Below are positions 19,708 through 28,613 of a DNA stretch of 64,000 bases, in pieces. The stretch is from positions 19,589 to 83,588 of the forward strand of contig DBXB01000025.1 of NCBI GenBank assembly GCA_002309155.1. The letters are read 5' to 3'. A program made the position numbers and the translations under genes. Origin of the DNA: Bacteroidales bacterium UBA1223. GTDB taxonomy: Bacteria; Bacteroidota; Bacteroidia; Bacteroidales; P3. The notes under the pieces are model-generated. The model made no database searches. It saw only the letters and a program-made list of their open reading frames with translations, and was not told the origin of the DNA. Position 1 is the stretch's first letter, and the number at the start of each line of letters is the position of its first letter.

Positions 19708-20533
19708 TTCGGAGTTCCCAGAATGCCACGGCGGCGGCAGCCGCCACATTCAAAGAGTCTACACCACGTCGCATGGGAATCATGGCGGCGTAGTCACAAG
19801 AGGCGATGGTTTCCTTTGCGAGGCCATCGCCTTCTGTTCCCATTATTATTGCCATTCGTGGGATTTCTTTCAGCCTCTTGTCGTCGATATCCATGGCTTT
19901 GTCCGACAAGGCAAGAGCCACGGTGCAGAATCCCAGTTGTTTCAGTTTGTCGATATATGAAGCCGATTTGCCATCTTGTGGCAGGTAGGTCCAAGGCATC
20001 TGGAATACTGTACCCATGCTTACCCTTACGCTTCGGCGATTCAGAGGGTCGCAGCAGGTCGTGGTAAGCAGCAATGCCTCTATCCCCAGGGCTGTCGCCG
20101 CCCTGAAGATGGCGCCGGTGTTTGTAGAGTTGACAACACCGTCGAGCACTGCCACACGTTTTCTACCCTCGCACAACATCTCAGGCGTAGGCAGCTGGGG
20201 GCGGTGCATGGCGCAGAGAAAACCCCTTGTCAGTTCGTAGCCTGTCAGCGATGCCAGGAGTTCACGGTCGCCGGTATATACTGGAGTGTCCCTGAGAGAT
20301 TCAGACGATGTCAGCGATTCAAGTTCGGCGAGTTGTGTGTCGACAATTCTCTGCTCCGCCAAAAAAGAGATAGGTTTGTATCCATTTTTCAGGGCCACCA
20401 GTACCACCTTCAGACTTTCGGCTATGAAGATACCCATTTCTGGTTCCAGCTTATTGCGTATCTGTGATTCTGTAAGTCGCAAATAGACATCAAGTTCAGG
20501 GCTTTCCAGACTATCAATTTTAATGATTTTCAT
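19700..20533 (-). CDS. TrmH/SpoU-family RNA 2'-O-methyltransferase
   Basis: SPOUT motifs 'VLDGVVNSTNTGAIFR', 'IIMGTEGDGL', 'IPMRRGVDSLNVAAA'. Confidence 0.85.
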   Translation of the reverse strand: MKIIKIDSLESPELDVYLRLTESQIRNKLEPEMGIFIAESLKVVLVALKNGYKPISFLAEQRIVDTQLAELESLTSSESLRDTPVYTGDRELLASLTGYELTRGFLCAMHRPQLPTPEMLCEGRKRVAVLDGVVNSTNTGAIFRAATALGIEALLLTTTCCDPLNRRSVRVSMGTVFQMPWTYLPQDGKSASYIDKLKQLGFCTVALALSDKAMDIDDKRLKEIPRMAIIMGTEGDGLAKETIASCDYAAMIPMRRGVDSLNVAAAAAVAFWELRTI

Positions 20534-20538
20534 GATTG

Positions 20539-20546
20539 CAAAGATA
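20539..20546 (-). promoter_or_regulatory. -7 box (TATCTTTG on minus strand) only 5 nt from the trmH-like ATG, implying a leaderless or near-leaderless mRNA
   Basis: plus strand CAAAGATA at 20539-20546; ATG complement at 20531-20533. Confidence 0.45.
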
Positions 20547-20771
20547 ATGTATTGTTTTATTTGGGCGAAACATCTCTCATGGAAAAGATTGTTTTCGTTG
20601 AGACCGGAATGCTAATTCTTGATTTTTTAAGTGAATTCAAGTGGCTAAACAAGTATTGTAAGATGGTTGTCGTGGAAAATGAGTGTAACTGTAATGTGTT
20701 TTAATACAGTGGATTTGCAGGTGGATATAATTGGTTTTAAAAAATTATTTTGTCGGTTTGTGAAAATGTAG

Positions 20772-20779
20772 TACTTTTG
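20772..20779 (+). promoter_or_regulatory. -7 box TACTTTTG for tRNA-Cys
   Basis: TAnnTTTG match 21 nt upstream of tRNA position 1. Confidence 0.6.
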
Positions 20780-20800
20780 CAAAGTCTTTAGTGACGAAAA

Positions 20801-20871
20801 GGTCGTTTGGCCGAGGGGCTAGGCACAGGTCTGCAAAACCTGCTACTCCGGTTCAAATCCGGAAGCGACCT
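20801..20871 (+). tRNA. tRNA-Cys (anticodon GCA)
   Basis: hand-folded cloverleaf: 7-bp acceptor (one G-U), 5-bp anticodon stem CAGGT/ACCTG with loop CTGCAAA, T-arm TCCGG-TTCAAAT-CCGGA, U discriminator; no encoded CCA. Confidence 0.9.
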
Positions 20872-20879
20872 CAGGATGT

Positions 20880-20909
20880 GGACTCGACAAGACTGTCGAG
20901 TCCTTTTTT
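20880..20909 (+). terminator. intrinsic terminator after tRNA-Cys
   Basis: GGACTCGACA-agac-TGTCGAGTCC followed by TTTTTT. Confidence 0.85.
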
Positions 20910-21153
20910 ATTAGAACTTTTCAGAATAGAGTTATTGATATTTTTTTGTAACAATTTGATAAATAACCTATAATAATTCGATAAACGGTAGTGTTGGAGT
21001 GTAACCAGATCCTCCCCTAAGTTAGAGGGTGAAGAAAGAGCCAGTGGCTCTTTCGATAGCGAAGCGGAGAAAAGGGGACCCGAAGGGTGGAGGAGTGTGT
21101 TTTAATTCGACATCTTTATCACTTTTTTTCACGATTACTAAAATAATTTAGAT

Positions 21154-21636
21154 ATGAAGCGTTTCTTAGCATTGCTTGTTTCATCGTTGCTGTTCGGACT
21201 GATGGAAGTCGCGGCGCAGACTCCTGTTGTTGTCACCCTTACTGACAACTCCTCGCAGCAATACACTATCGACTATACAGGTGGCTTGTATTTCGATGCC
21301 GGCACACTGTTTGTCAAAAGCACAGCCTCTGCTGACGCTGAGACAGTAGGTACATTTGAGTCGATATCAAAGATTGTTTTTCCAAGCAATACCGATGTGG
21401 ACGTTGTTGCGGAAGACAGCCATTCCCCAGTAATCTATCCCAATCCAGCTTCGACGCATTTCTTTGTTAGGGGGATTGGTGATGAGAATAGTGTCATGAC
21501 AATCTATTCGGCTGTGGGACAAAGGATGATGGAGGTGACATGCAGTGATGGCTCCGCCGTCGATGTATCATCTTTGCCCCGAGGATTGTACGTGGTGTCT
21601 GTTGCCAACAAGAATATGCTGTTATCAATTAGGTAG
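21154..21636 (+). CDS. small secreted protein with T9SS type-A C-terminal sorting domain
   Basis: signal peptide 'LLVSSLLFGLMEVAAQ'; C-terminal 'IYPNPAS..FFV....MTIYSAVGQ......LPRGLYVV' pattern typical of Por/T9SS CTDs. Confidence 0.75.
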   Translation: MKRFLALLVSSLLFGLMEVAAQTPVVVTLTDNSSQQYTIDYTGGLYFDAGTLFVKSTASADAETVGTFESISKIVFPSNTDVDVVAEDSHSPVIYPNPASTHFFVRGIGDENSVMTIYSAVGQRMMEVTCSDGSAVDVSSLPRGLYVVSVANKNMLLSIR

Positions 21637-21643
21637 AAGAATC

Positions 21644-24148
21644 ATGAAGAATAGAATATTTGCTCTCTTTCTGTTAGTCGTTTGTTCGGTCAGCCTCTCT
21701 GCCCAGCAGCGAGTCATAAAGGTATTCGGCGGAGGTGCAGTGCTTTTCCAGAAGCCGACCGCTGAAATGGACAGTATCAAATCGGATGGCTCGACACTTT
21801 TCTTCCATTATGATGGTGGTAGTCTGTCGTTTCTCAGAAGTGACGTTGACAGTGTGACCTTTGCCGACATCCAGGATGTGGGGGGAGACACTGCCGATGT
21901 CGACACTACGTCGATGGTTACAGTAGAGTGGAACAACGGTAATGTGACAGTGACCAATCCCTATGCCAATCAAGGTCTGACGATAATGATAAACGGAGAG
22001 ACTGTCGTGGCAAGTTCTTCGGCAGGAATAGCCGACATAGTATATCGGTTGAAAGGCAGTTCCACGAATGGCTCTTTCGCAATCTCGACCGATAAAAAGT
22101 TTGTGTTGTTGCTTGACGGACTTAACCTTGCAAGCTCTGTAGGACCAGCCATATTTGTTGCCTCTGACTATCGTTGCCTGGTACATCTGGCAGATGGGAC
22201 AGTCAACAGTCTCGCTGACGGACCGTCAAATAATGGCAAGGGAGCCCTTCAGAGTGTGGGTCGTTTTGTGATACAGGGAGGTGGTACCTTGAATGTCGTT
22301 GGAAATGTTAAACACGGCATCCAAAGCAGTGGCTCGACGACAATCACGTCGGGAGTCCTGAATATTCTCGGCGCCGTGAAGGACGGAATGAATGTGGATA
22401 ACTTTATCATGCAGGGAGGCACGGTGAATGTTGTCTCGTCAGGAGACGGCATTGACGGTGACCAAGGGTATATAGATATTAGTGGTGGAGAACTGACAAT
22501 CACTTGCAGTGGCGATGACGCAAAGGGTTTAGGGTGTGATAGCTCGTTGAATGTCAGTGGCGGAGAGATAACCGTTACAGTGACTGGTTCCCAATCAAAG
22601 GCTATCAAGACTAAGGAGAACATGACTGTCAGCGGTGGCAGCATAGAGGTGCATGCTGACGGCACTGTGTTTATGGAGGAATCGGGTAGTGGATTTGATC
22701 CTTCGTTCTGCACAGGTATCAAGGTGAACGGAGTTCTTAGAGTATTCGATGGGTCGCTCGATGTTAGTTGTTCCTCATCGAATTCGGGAGGTAAGGCAAT
22801 ATCGTGCGATGGAGACATATTCATCTCTGGAGGTACAATAAGCCTTACAGCCACAGGCGGTTGTGTCAAGTATCTTGATCCCACAGGGGTCTATACCAGC
22901 TATAGCTCCACTTGTCTGAAGAGTGATGCGAATATCACCGTTTCAGGAGGTCAGTTGACGGCGGTGGCTGGCGGACGTGCCATATCTGCCGATGGCAACT
23001 ATACTCAGACTGGAGGAAACGTGATCACTTCGACCAACGCCGTAGGATTCACCACTACAGGCAGTGGCACATCGTGCACCGACGGTTTTGCGTCGGCATG
23101 TTTGAAGAGTGATGGCCATATCCAGATGTTGCAAGGTTCATTCAGTGGTACAAGCACTGGTAAAGGAGGCAGAGGAATTGTGGGCGACAGCACGCTGACG
23201 ATAGGTACTATTGGTGCCGCCGACAGCCTGCTTCATATTTATGTCACCACCAGTGGTGCACCCGTGAACGCCTCATCTGGCGGTGGCTGGCCCGGTGGAG
23301 GCGGCGGTTCTAGCGATTATTGGAAAGGACTTCCTAAGGGCATAAAAATACAAGACACTATCAGAATCTACAGCGGAGTTCTGCAGTCCTACTGTTCCCA
23401 GACCAGTGGCTCCACCACGGGCGAAGCCCTGGAGAGCAAGTCTGCCATCATAATTGACGGCGGCGTTGTGGAGACAAATGCATACGATGACGCCATCAAT
23501 GCAGGCACTTATCTAGAGATAAACAATGGCAAAGTCTGGGCATACTCAAGAGGCAATGACGCTATAGACTGCAATGGCACAACGATCTATATCAATGGCG
23601 GTACAATCGTCTGTCGTGGAAGTGAGACTGGATTTGACGATAACGCCGACCGTGGTGGACACATGTATGTCACAGGAGGTACTATTGTAGCCGTAGGAGG
23701 CAATATGGGAGCGATAGAAGGAACGCCCACGGTCACCAATCAGAAATATCTTGTCCTCAGTAGTAGCAGTGGCGGTGGCTGGCCTGGCGGCGGTGGTGGC
23801 GGTTCCACACTCGCAACTAACGGCTTCTGTGTTAAGAATAACGATGCCACCGAAGAAATTCTTACCTTCAAATGGACCAATGTCAGTGGTAATGGATTCC
23901 AGATGTCGGCTTCATTGCCCGAAGCTGATCCACGGGATAATAACATGGTCTGCAAGCTCCCCGCCGATATTGTCGGAGGAGGTTCGAAAGCAGTGTCGGG
24001 CATTTTTATCACAACTCCCGACGTCCAGAGCGGTACCTATCGTTATTACACCTCTCCCACAATAACAGGTGGCACCAACTGGCACGGCATCTATGACGGA
24101 GCCACCGTGACCACCTCTGGCAACGGCACCACTACCACGGCGAGATGA
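21644..24148 (+). CDS. secreted beta-helix, carbohydrate-binding-domain (Cthe_2159-like) protein
   Basis: start moved to 'MKNRIFALFLLVVCSVSLSAQQ' (signal peptide); repetitive 'GG.I.V..SGDDGID / NAYDDAINAG / GNDAIDCNG' turns typical of the parallel beta-helix family; two GGGWPGGGGG linkers. Confidence 0.55.
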   Translation: MKNRIFALFLLVVCSVSLSAQQRVIKVFGGGAVLFQKPTAEMDSIKSDGSTLFFHYDGGSLSFLRSDVDSVTFADIQDVGGDTADVDTTSMVTVEWNNGNVTVTNPYANQGLTIMINGETVVASSSAGIADIVYRLKGSSTNGSFAISTDKKFVLLLDGLNLASSVGPAIFVASDYRCLVHLADGTVNSLADGPSNNGKGALQSVGRFVIQGGGTLNVVGNVKHGIQSSGSTTITSGVLNILGAVKDGMNVDNFIMQGGTVNVVSSGDGIDGDQGYIDISGGELTITCSGDDAKGLGCDSSLNVSGGEITVTVTGSQSKAIKTKENMTVSGGSIEVHADGTVFMEESGSGFDPSFCTGIKVNGVLRVFDGSLDVSCSSSNSGGKAISCDGDIFISGGTISLTATGGCVKYLDPTGVYTSYSSTCLKSDANITVSGGQLTAVAGGRAISADGNYTQTGGNVITSTNAVGFTTTGSGTSCTDGFASACLKSDGHIQMLQGSFSGTSTGKGGRGIVGDSTLTIGTIGAADSLLHIYVTTSGAPVNASSGGGWPGGGGGSSDYWKGLPKGIKIQDTIRIYSGVLQSYCSQTSGSTTGEALESKSAIIIDGGVVETNAYDDAINAGTYLEINNGKVWAYSRGNDAIDCNGTTIYINGGTIVCRGSETGFDDNADRGGHMYVTGGTIVAVGGNMGAIEGTPTVTNQKYLVLSSSSGGGWPGGGGGGSTLATNGFCVKNNDATEEILTFKWTNVSGNGFQMSASLPEADPRDNNMVCKLPADIVGGGSKAVSGIFITTPDVQSGTYRYYTSPTITGGTNWHGIYDGATVTTSGNGTTTTAR

Positions 24149-24227
24149 TGGAGTAAGCCCCTCTTCTCAGTCCGTTGAAAATACGTTGTCGGGTTAAACC
24201 TAACAAACAAAGTTTTTTTTGTTGAAT

Positions 24228-24260
24228 TTTGTCGCAAAAATTGTGTATTTTTGCGACAAA
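24228..24260. repeat. perfect 13-bp-arm inverted repeat downstream of the beta-helix gene
   Basis: TTTGTCGCAAAAA-ttgtgt-ATTTTTGCGACAAA. Confidence 0.8.
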
Positions 24261-24429
24261 ATATAAATGGCATAATATACCTCTTACATCTTTTTCGCTT
24301 CATATTTTCACTTTAGCGGTGCTCTAGGCCATTCTCTGCGGTCAGGTAGCCCTCTTACATAATACATTATCAGTCGTCTGATATGCTTGATTTTATAAAG
24401 TTTCTTTTAATTTTGTCAAAATAAATTAG

Positions 24430-24437
24430 TATCTTTG
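24430..24437 (+). promoter_or_regulatory. -7 box TATCTTTG, candidate promoter of the R-M gene with ~320-nt leader
   Basis: TAnnTTTG match in AT-rich spacer; no credible ORF before 24758. Confidence 0.45.
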
Positions 24438-24757
24438 CAGTTCGAAAATATAATAATTGTAATCTGCCAAAGGCTGCGAATACCTTTGAATATTAATATA
24501 TGAAATAAGCAACGAAAACAACATAGAATAAGAATAATAGAATAACGATAAATACATAATTTAGAAGCGTTTTTGCTTTTCAAACTACTCCGAAATCGCC
24601 AAATTTCATAGTACTGTAGAAGAAAGCAGAAATGCTCGCGGGTATCCGTGAGCTTTCTTGTTTACAGTACAGGCTTTGGCGAGCCTCGGGGTAGAACAGA
24701 AAGTTTCACGGATTTCTTTTTAGTATTTTTTTTATTTGAATAAACACCCATTGCCCC

Positions 24758-27049
24758 ATGGATAGCCATATTAAACGTCTTCCCCGCATAGACATTATTG
24801 ACACAATTGGACGCCAATATCATACTAGTAATATAGAGAATGGCGAGTACAGTTATCAAAGAGATTTTGACCGACATCTGACAGGTCACTTCAAACTTGA
24901 TATCCGTTTTTTTGATGAAAATAATAAAATTGCAATTCTTGTTGAGACAAAAGATAAGAAATTCAAGAAAGCCGACATAGATCAACTGTTTGACTATGTT
25001 AATCTAGAAAAAGAATTATCTAATCGTACAAAAATAATAGCAATTCTTGCCGGCACACATGATGGCTCTCTTAGGGTATGGAAGATTGCCAACGGATATG
25101 ACGAGGAGTTATCTGATAAAAAAATAAAGTCATTAGCGGAATATGTCTCATATTTTCAGAAACGTAATCTCAACGACAAAACAAAGGTATTAGAAAATAC
25201 AGCCACTCTCAATAGGATGCTTCATGATAACGGAATACTAGAGGGTTTGCGTAGCCAGTTTGTAGGGACTTGTTTGTTAGCTCTTAAGGAAGGTTTGGTT
25301 TACAAAAATCTAACTACAAGCCAGATTTTGGCTGGAATCAAGGGCACTCTAGGTAAACTACTTCAGAATAGTGTTGATAAAGCCAATAAGATATCTGTAC
25401 TTGACACTAAAGTATTGCAAGATCAAAATGTTCAGAAAATTGATGCGGAAAATTTTTGTAAATTACTTGCTTTTATTGAAGACCAAATTTTACCATATAT
25501 CAATGAAGCAAGTACAGAGGGGCACGATATTTTGAGCTATTTCTTTACAACATTTAATAAATATGTTCAAAAGGGAGATAAGAATCAGGCTTTTACCCCT
25601 AATCACATTGCTCACTTTATGTGTAAAGTGGGGCATATTACGCGTAAAACAAGGGTACTCGACCCTACATGTGGTAGTGGAACATTTCTTGTTCAAGCGA
25701 TGTCACAGGCACTCTCAAAATGTGAAACTGATACTGAACGCGAGAATGTAAAACAACATCAAATCTTCGGAGTAGAGTCGGATGAGAAGGTGTATGGTCT
25801 TTCAACCACAAATATGTTGATACATGGCGATGGTAATTCCAACATATATTGCGGTTCTTGTTTTGAGAAGGAGGCTTTTATTAGAAATGCAGATGTGGAT
25901 TTGATTTTGATGAACCCTCCATATAATGCGAGCAAAAAACAGGTTGATAAGGATTATGCAAAAACCTGGGGGAAATCCACAACAGATCCATCAAAGGGGT
26001 TGTATTTTGTGGAATATGTAGCAAATGCTGTTAATAAAGGAAGGTTAGTAACTCTTTTGCCAATGCAGGCAGCAATAGGAGAGAGTGGTATAATTGCGCA
26101 GATTAAGAAATCAATTTTAGAGCATCATACGCTTGATGCTGTTTTTTCTTTTCCTTCAGAAATGTTTTATCCGGGGGCCAGTGCCGTTGCATGTTGTATG
26201 ATATTTGATTTGGGTAAACCGCATGCAGACAAAGACAATGACACATTTTTTGGATATTATAAGGATGATGGTTTTGAGAAACGTAAAGGTGTTGGGCGAG
26301 TAGACAATAAAGATAAATGGGAAGCTATTGAGGCCCAGTGGATTGATCTATACGAACATCGGACAAACAAACCCGGAATATCCGTCACACATAAAGTCAG
26401 CTATAACAACGAATGGTGTGCAGAAGCATATATGGAAACAGACTACAAGCCACTTTCTGATAATCTTTTCATAAATTCTATGAGGGATTATTCTTCGTTC
26501 TTGATGAAGCATGATGATTATTTAACGCCAAGAGTATATAGCAATCGGTCTCATACAAAAAAAAGTATAAAACTATCTGTGGAAAAGTGGGAATGGATTC
26601 CCATAGAAAAACTTTTTAAAATCAAACCAGGTCATTATTATTATCCCGACGAATATGAAATAGGGGATACACCATATTGTTCAGCTTCCGCAAACAATAA
26701 TGCAGTCACACAGTATATTGATTTACAACCAGACTTTGTTGGAAACCAAATTATGACAGGGAAAGTGGGTTGTACTGCATTCTACCAACCGTCCTCATTT
26801 TCAGCGACGAGCGATGTGAATGTTTTTATAGCAAAAGAGGGTACCCGAATGAATCCTTACATTGGAATGTTTCTTATCACAATTATTAACTTTAGTGAAA
26901 ACTATAAATGGGATTATGGCCGTCAATGCAGAAAAAATGATACAGAGAAAATTAAAATAAAACTTCCTGTCATAGAAGGAACAAAAAACCCAGACTGGCA
27001 ATTCATGGAGGACTACATCAAATCATTGCCTTATTCAAAGAACATTTAA
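24758..27049 (+). CDS. single-polypeptide restriction-modification enzyme (Type IIG-like): N-terminal PD-(D/E)xK nuclease + gamma-class N6-adenine methyltransferase + C-terminal S-subunit-like TRD
   Basis: 'KLDIRFFDENNKIAILVETKDK' (D...ExK; ETK at 24944-24952), motif I 'LDPTCGSGTFLV' (25661-), motif IV 'LMNPPYN' (25913-25924), C-terminal ~200 aa resembling a type I specificity TRD; about 33% G+C by hand count. Confidence 0.78.
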   Translation: MDSHIKRLPRIDIIDTIGRQYHTSNIENGEYSYQRDFDRHLTGHFKLDIRFFDENNKIAILVETKDKKFKKADIDQLFDYVNLEKELSNRTKIIAILAGTHDGSLRVWKIANGYDEELSDKKIKSLAEYVSYFQKRNLNDKTKVLENTATLNRMLHDNGILEGLRSQFVGTCLLALKEGLVYKNLTTSQILAGIKGTLGKLLQNSVDKANKISVLDTKVLQDQNVQKIDAENFCKLLAFIEDQILPYINEASTEGHDILSYFFTTFNKYVQKGDKNQAFTPNHIAHFMCKVGHITRKTRVLDPTCGSGTFLVQAMSQALSKCETDTERENVKQHQIFGVESDEKVYGLSTTNMLIHGDGNSNIYCGSCFEKEAFIRNADVDLILMNPPYNASKKQVDKDYAKTWGKSTTDPSKGLYFVEYVANAVNKGRLVTLLPMQAAIGESGIIAQIKKSILEHHTLDAVFSFPSEMFYPGASAVACCMIFDLGKPHADKDNDTFFGYYKDDGFEKRKGVGRVDNKDKWEAIEAQWIDLYEHRTNKPGISVTHKVSYNNEWCAEAYMETDYKPLSDNLFINSMRDYSSFLMKHDDYLTPRVYSNRSHTKKSIKLSVEKWEWIPIEKLFKIKPGHYYYPDEYEIGDTPYCSASANNNAVTQYIDLQPDFVGNQIMTGKVGCTAFYQPSSFSATSDVNVFIAKEGTRMNPYIGMFLITIINFSENYKWDYGRQCRKNDTEKIKIKLPVIEGTKNPDWQFMEDYIKSLPYSKNI

Positions 27050-27051
27050 CC

Positions 27052-27255
27052 ATGCCTTATAAAAAACGCATACTCATCATATTACTTTTCCTTATTCTCT
27101 TCCTCGCCTGCACTAAAGAACCTGCTCCTGACAACGGTGGTGGTGCATCTTCCTATGACGAGCATCATTGGGATTGGGGCGACAGTAGCAAGGGGCAATA
27201 CAACGATGGTGAGGGAACAATGGACTGGCACCTATCCCACAACAATCCACGTTGA
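27052..27255 (+). CDS. tiny lipoprotein (67 aa), unknown function
   Basis: starts 2 nt after the R-M stop; signal plus lipobox 'LILFLAC'; followed by a terminator. Confidence 0.4.
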   Translation: MPYKKRILIILLFLILFLACTKEPAPDNGGGASSYDEHHWDWGDSSKGQYNDGEGTMDWHLSHNNPR

Positions 27256-27288
27256 CCAGCAATAAAATGTTTTCATAATAGGGAAAGA

Positions 27289-27320
27289 GGGGTAACCTCA
27301 CGAGGTCGCCCCAATTTTTT
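27289..27320 (+). terminator. intrinsic terminator after the R-M/lipoprotein unit
   Basis: GGGGTAACCTC..GAGGTCGCCCC hairpin followed by AATTTTTT. Confidence 0.65.
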
Positions 27321-27589
27321 CACATTATCATCCTAGCGGAGGCCGAACCGCTGTATCTGCACTTCGGAGGCAGACCAACTGTTTCTTTTTACGATTAACG
27401 CCCGATGAGGATAGACTTCGCGATTGTGGCGAAGCGAAAGTTCCTCAAAGGGCGTTTTATAGATTGGTGTGGAGATATGACAAGTTGCAAAAAAATATCA
27501 GCCCCCACCGCATTATTATTAATGATTGAGCATAAAATATTGATAATAAATTACAATATTCTTTAACCGTTATCATTCCACAATATTAC

Positions 27590-27636
27590 AACAAAAAACG
27601 CAAAAACCCTTCGCAGAATCTCATTTTCTGCGGAGG
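27590..27636 (-). terminator. intrinsic terminator after higBA
   Basis: CCTCCGCAGAA-aatgaga-TTCTGCGAAGG on minus strand followed by GTTTTTGCGTTTTTTG. Confidence 0.75.
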
Positions 27637-27685
27637 TTTAATAGTTCGACTCTCTAAGAGGTCTCGAAAAGTGGAGATGGTCGGA

Positions 27686-28021
27686 TCAGAGCACAGCGGC
27701 TACTAACGTACACATGTCGTCCTCGCGACGTTGGCGCTGCTGCTCCTCCACCTCCCGTTGTGCTATCACCAGGCAGTCGTGTTCGTAGCCGTACTGCATC
27801 TGCATCCACGAATCATACGGTATCCCTAACTCTTTTTCCAACGCCATTGCAAAGGCTACGGTGAAGCTACGCTTCCCCTTGATCAACTCGTTTAGATGAC
27901 TGGGAAGAATGCCAATCTTTGCGGCGAGCTCTTTCTGCTTGATTCCGCGCTCTTTCAACTCCTCATTGAGGATCTCGCCCGGATGTACTGCACGGAACCC
28001 TGTGATTCTATCGTTGTCCAT
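27686..28021 (-). CDS. higA: HigA-family antitoxin (XRE-type HTH)
   Basis: 'HPGEILNEELKERGIKQKELAAKIGILPSHLNELIKGKR' is the canonical HigA/VapI HTH; overlaps the upstream toxin gene by 14 nt. Confidence 0.85.
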   Translation of the reverse strand: MDNDRITGFRAVHPGEILNEELKERGIKQKELAAKIGILPSHLNELIKGKRSFTVAFAMALEKELGIPYDSWMQMQYGYEHDCLVIAQREVEEQQRQRREDDMCTLVAAVL

Positions 28022-28322
28022 AATGCGTATCGTCTATTTCGATTAATGATATTTTAATTCCTTCTTCCAATTCGTGGAACAAGAGTCGTTCTACCCTGCC
28101 GTTAATCACCCTCACAGAACTCATTCCTACATGCTTCAATTGCTCATAATGGAGGTAACTGTAGTGCTTCAAGTCAGAGGCTGTTTTTTGCGCCTGCATG
28201 GTGAAATATACACGGTCAAGTGCGTCGAGAAACTTGCCATCTCGATGATATTTCTTGTACTTCTTGCTCTTATGATTAAGCACAAGGTTTTCTAATTCAA
28301 TGTCTTCAAACGTTACCTTCAT
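28008..28322 (-). CDS. higB: HigB-like (plasmid-maintenance killer / RelE superfamily) toxin
   Basis: 104 aa, toxin-first order; pattern 'F.D..LE.L...........L......A....DL.....L..E.LK....SVR.N...R..F.......I.LIEI.D.HYG' fits the HigB family. Confidence 0.65.
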   Translation of the reverse strand: MKVTFEDIELENLVLNHKSKKYKKYHRDGKFLDALDRVYFTMQAQKTASDLKHYSYLHYEQLKHVGMSSVRVINGRVERLLFHELEEGIKISLIEIDDTHYGQR

Positions 28323-28337
28323 TCAGTTTCTTTTGTG

Positions 28338-28345
28338 CAAAGATA
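28338..28345 (-). promoter_or_regulatory. -7 box (TATCTTTG on minus strand) for higBA
   Basis: plus strand CAAAGATA 16 nt upstream of the higB ATG. Confidence 0.5.
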
Positions 28346-28613
28346 ATAAATAATTCTGAATTATGGGAATTTTTGTCGATAAAAAGAATTCTTATATTGA
28401 GTGTGCTGATTCATTTCCTCTTTCCCCGACCAACTCCAAGCAAATATCACCCTATGTGAATCTTGCGAACAAGGAAATCCAAGGTGACTTTGATGTAACG
28501 ATTTCAGAGCTGTGCTCATGTTCTTCGGTTCAATACAAGAACTTTTATGTTTTTTCAGAAATGGCGTTCACATGCAATAAGAATTTGGAAATGTCGTTAT
28601 TATAAATTGTATA

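Noticed and set aside
20981-21110. Purine-rich, hairpin-containing stretch (AGAGCC-agt-GGCTCT, CCTCC...GGAGG) upstream of the T9SS-CTD gene as a possible riboswitch or sRNA
   Set aside because: I could not match it to any riboswitch consensus I know (TPP, cobalamin, SAM, purine), and the pairings are short. It is worth an Rfam/cmscan run but not supportable by eye.
21545-21643. N-terminal extension of the 867-aa ORF overlapping the preceding T9SS-CTD gene
   Set aside because: The extension is Cys/Pro-rich with no signal peptide. An ATG at 21644 gives a canonical signal peptide (MKNRIFALFLLVVCSVSLSAQQ) and removes the overlap.
22249-22884. 211-aa minus-strand ORF
   Set aside because: It is antisense to the beta-helix gene and has a Pro/Ser/Thr-rich translation. 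It is a shadow ORF.
20801-24300. Integrative element inserted at tRNA-Cys
   Set aside because: I looked for an integrase gene or a direct repeat of the tRNA 3' end downstream. No integrase ORF is present anywhere in the window and I found no repeat of the tRNA 3' half.
28363-28605. 80-aa ORF between higB and the sensor kinase
   Set aside because: It has no motif and lies in a promoter-containing AT-rich spacer with no supporting context. I treated it as non-coding.
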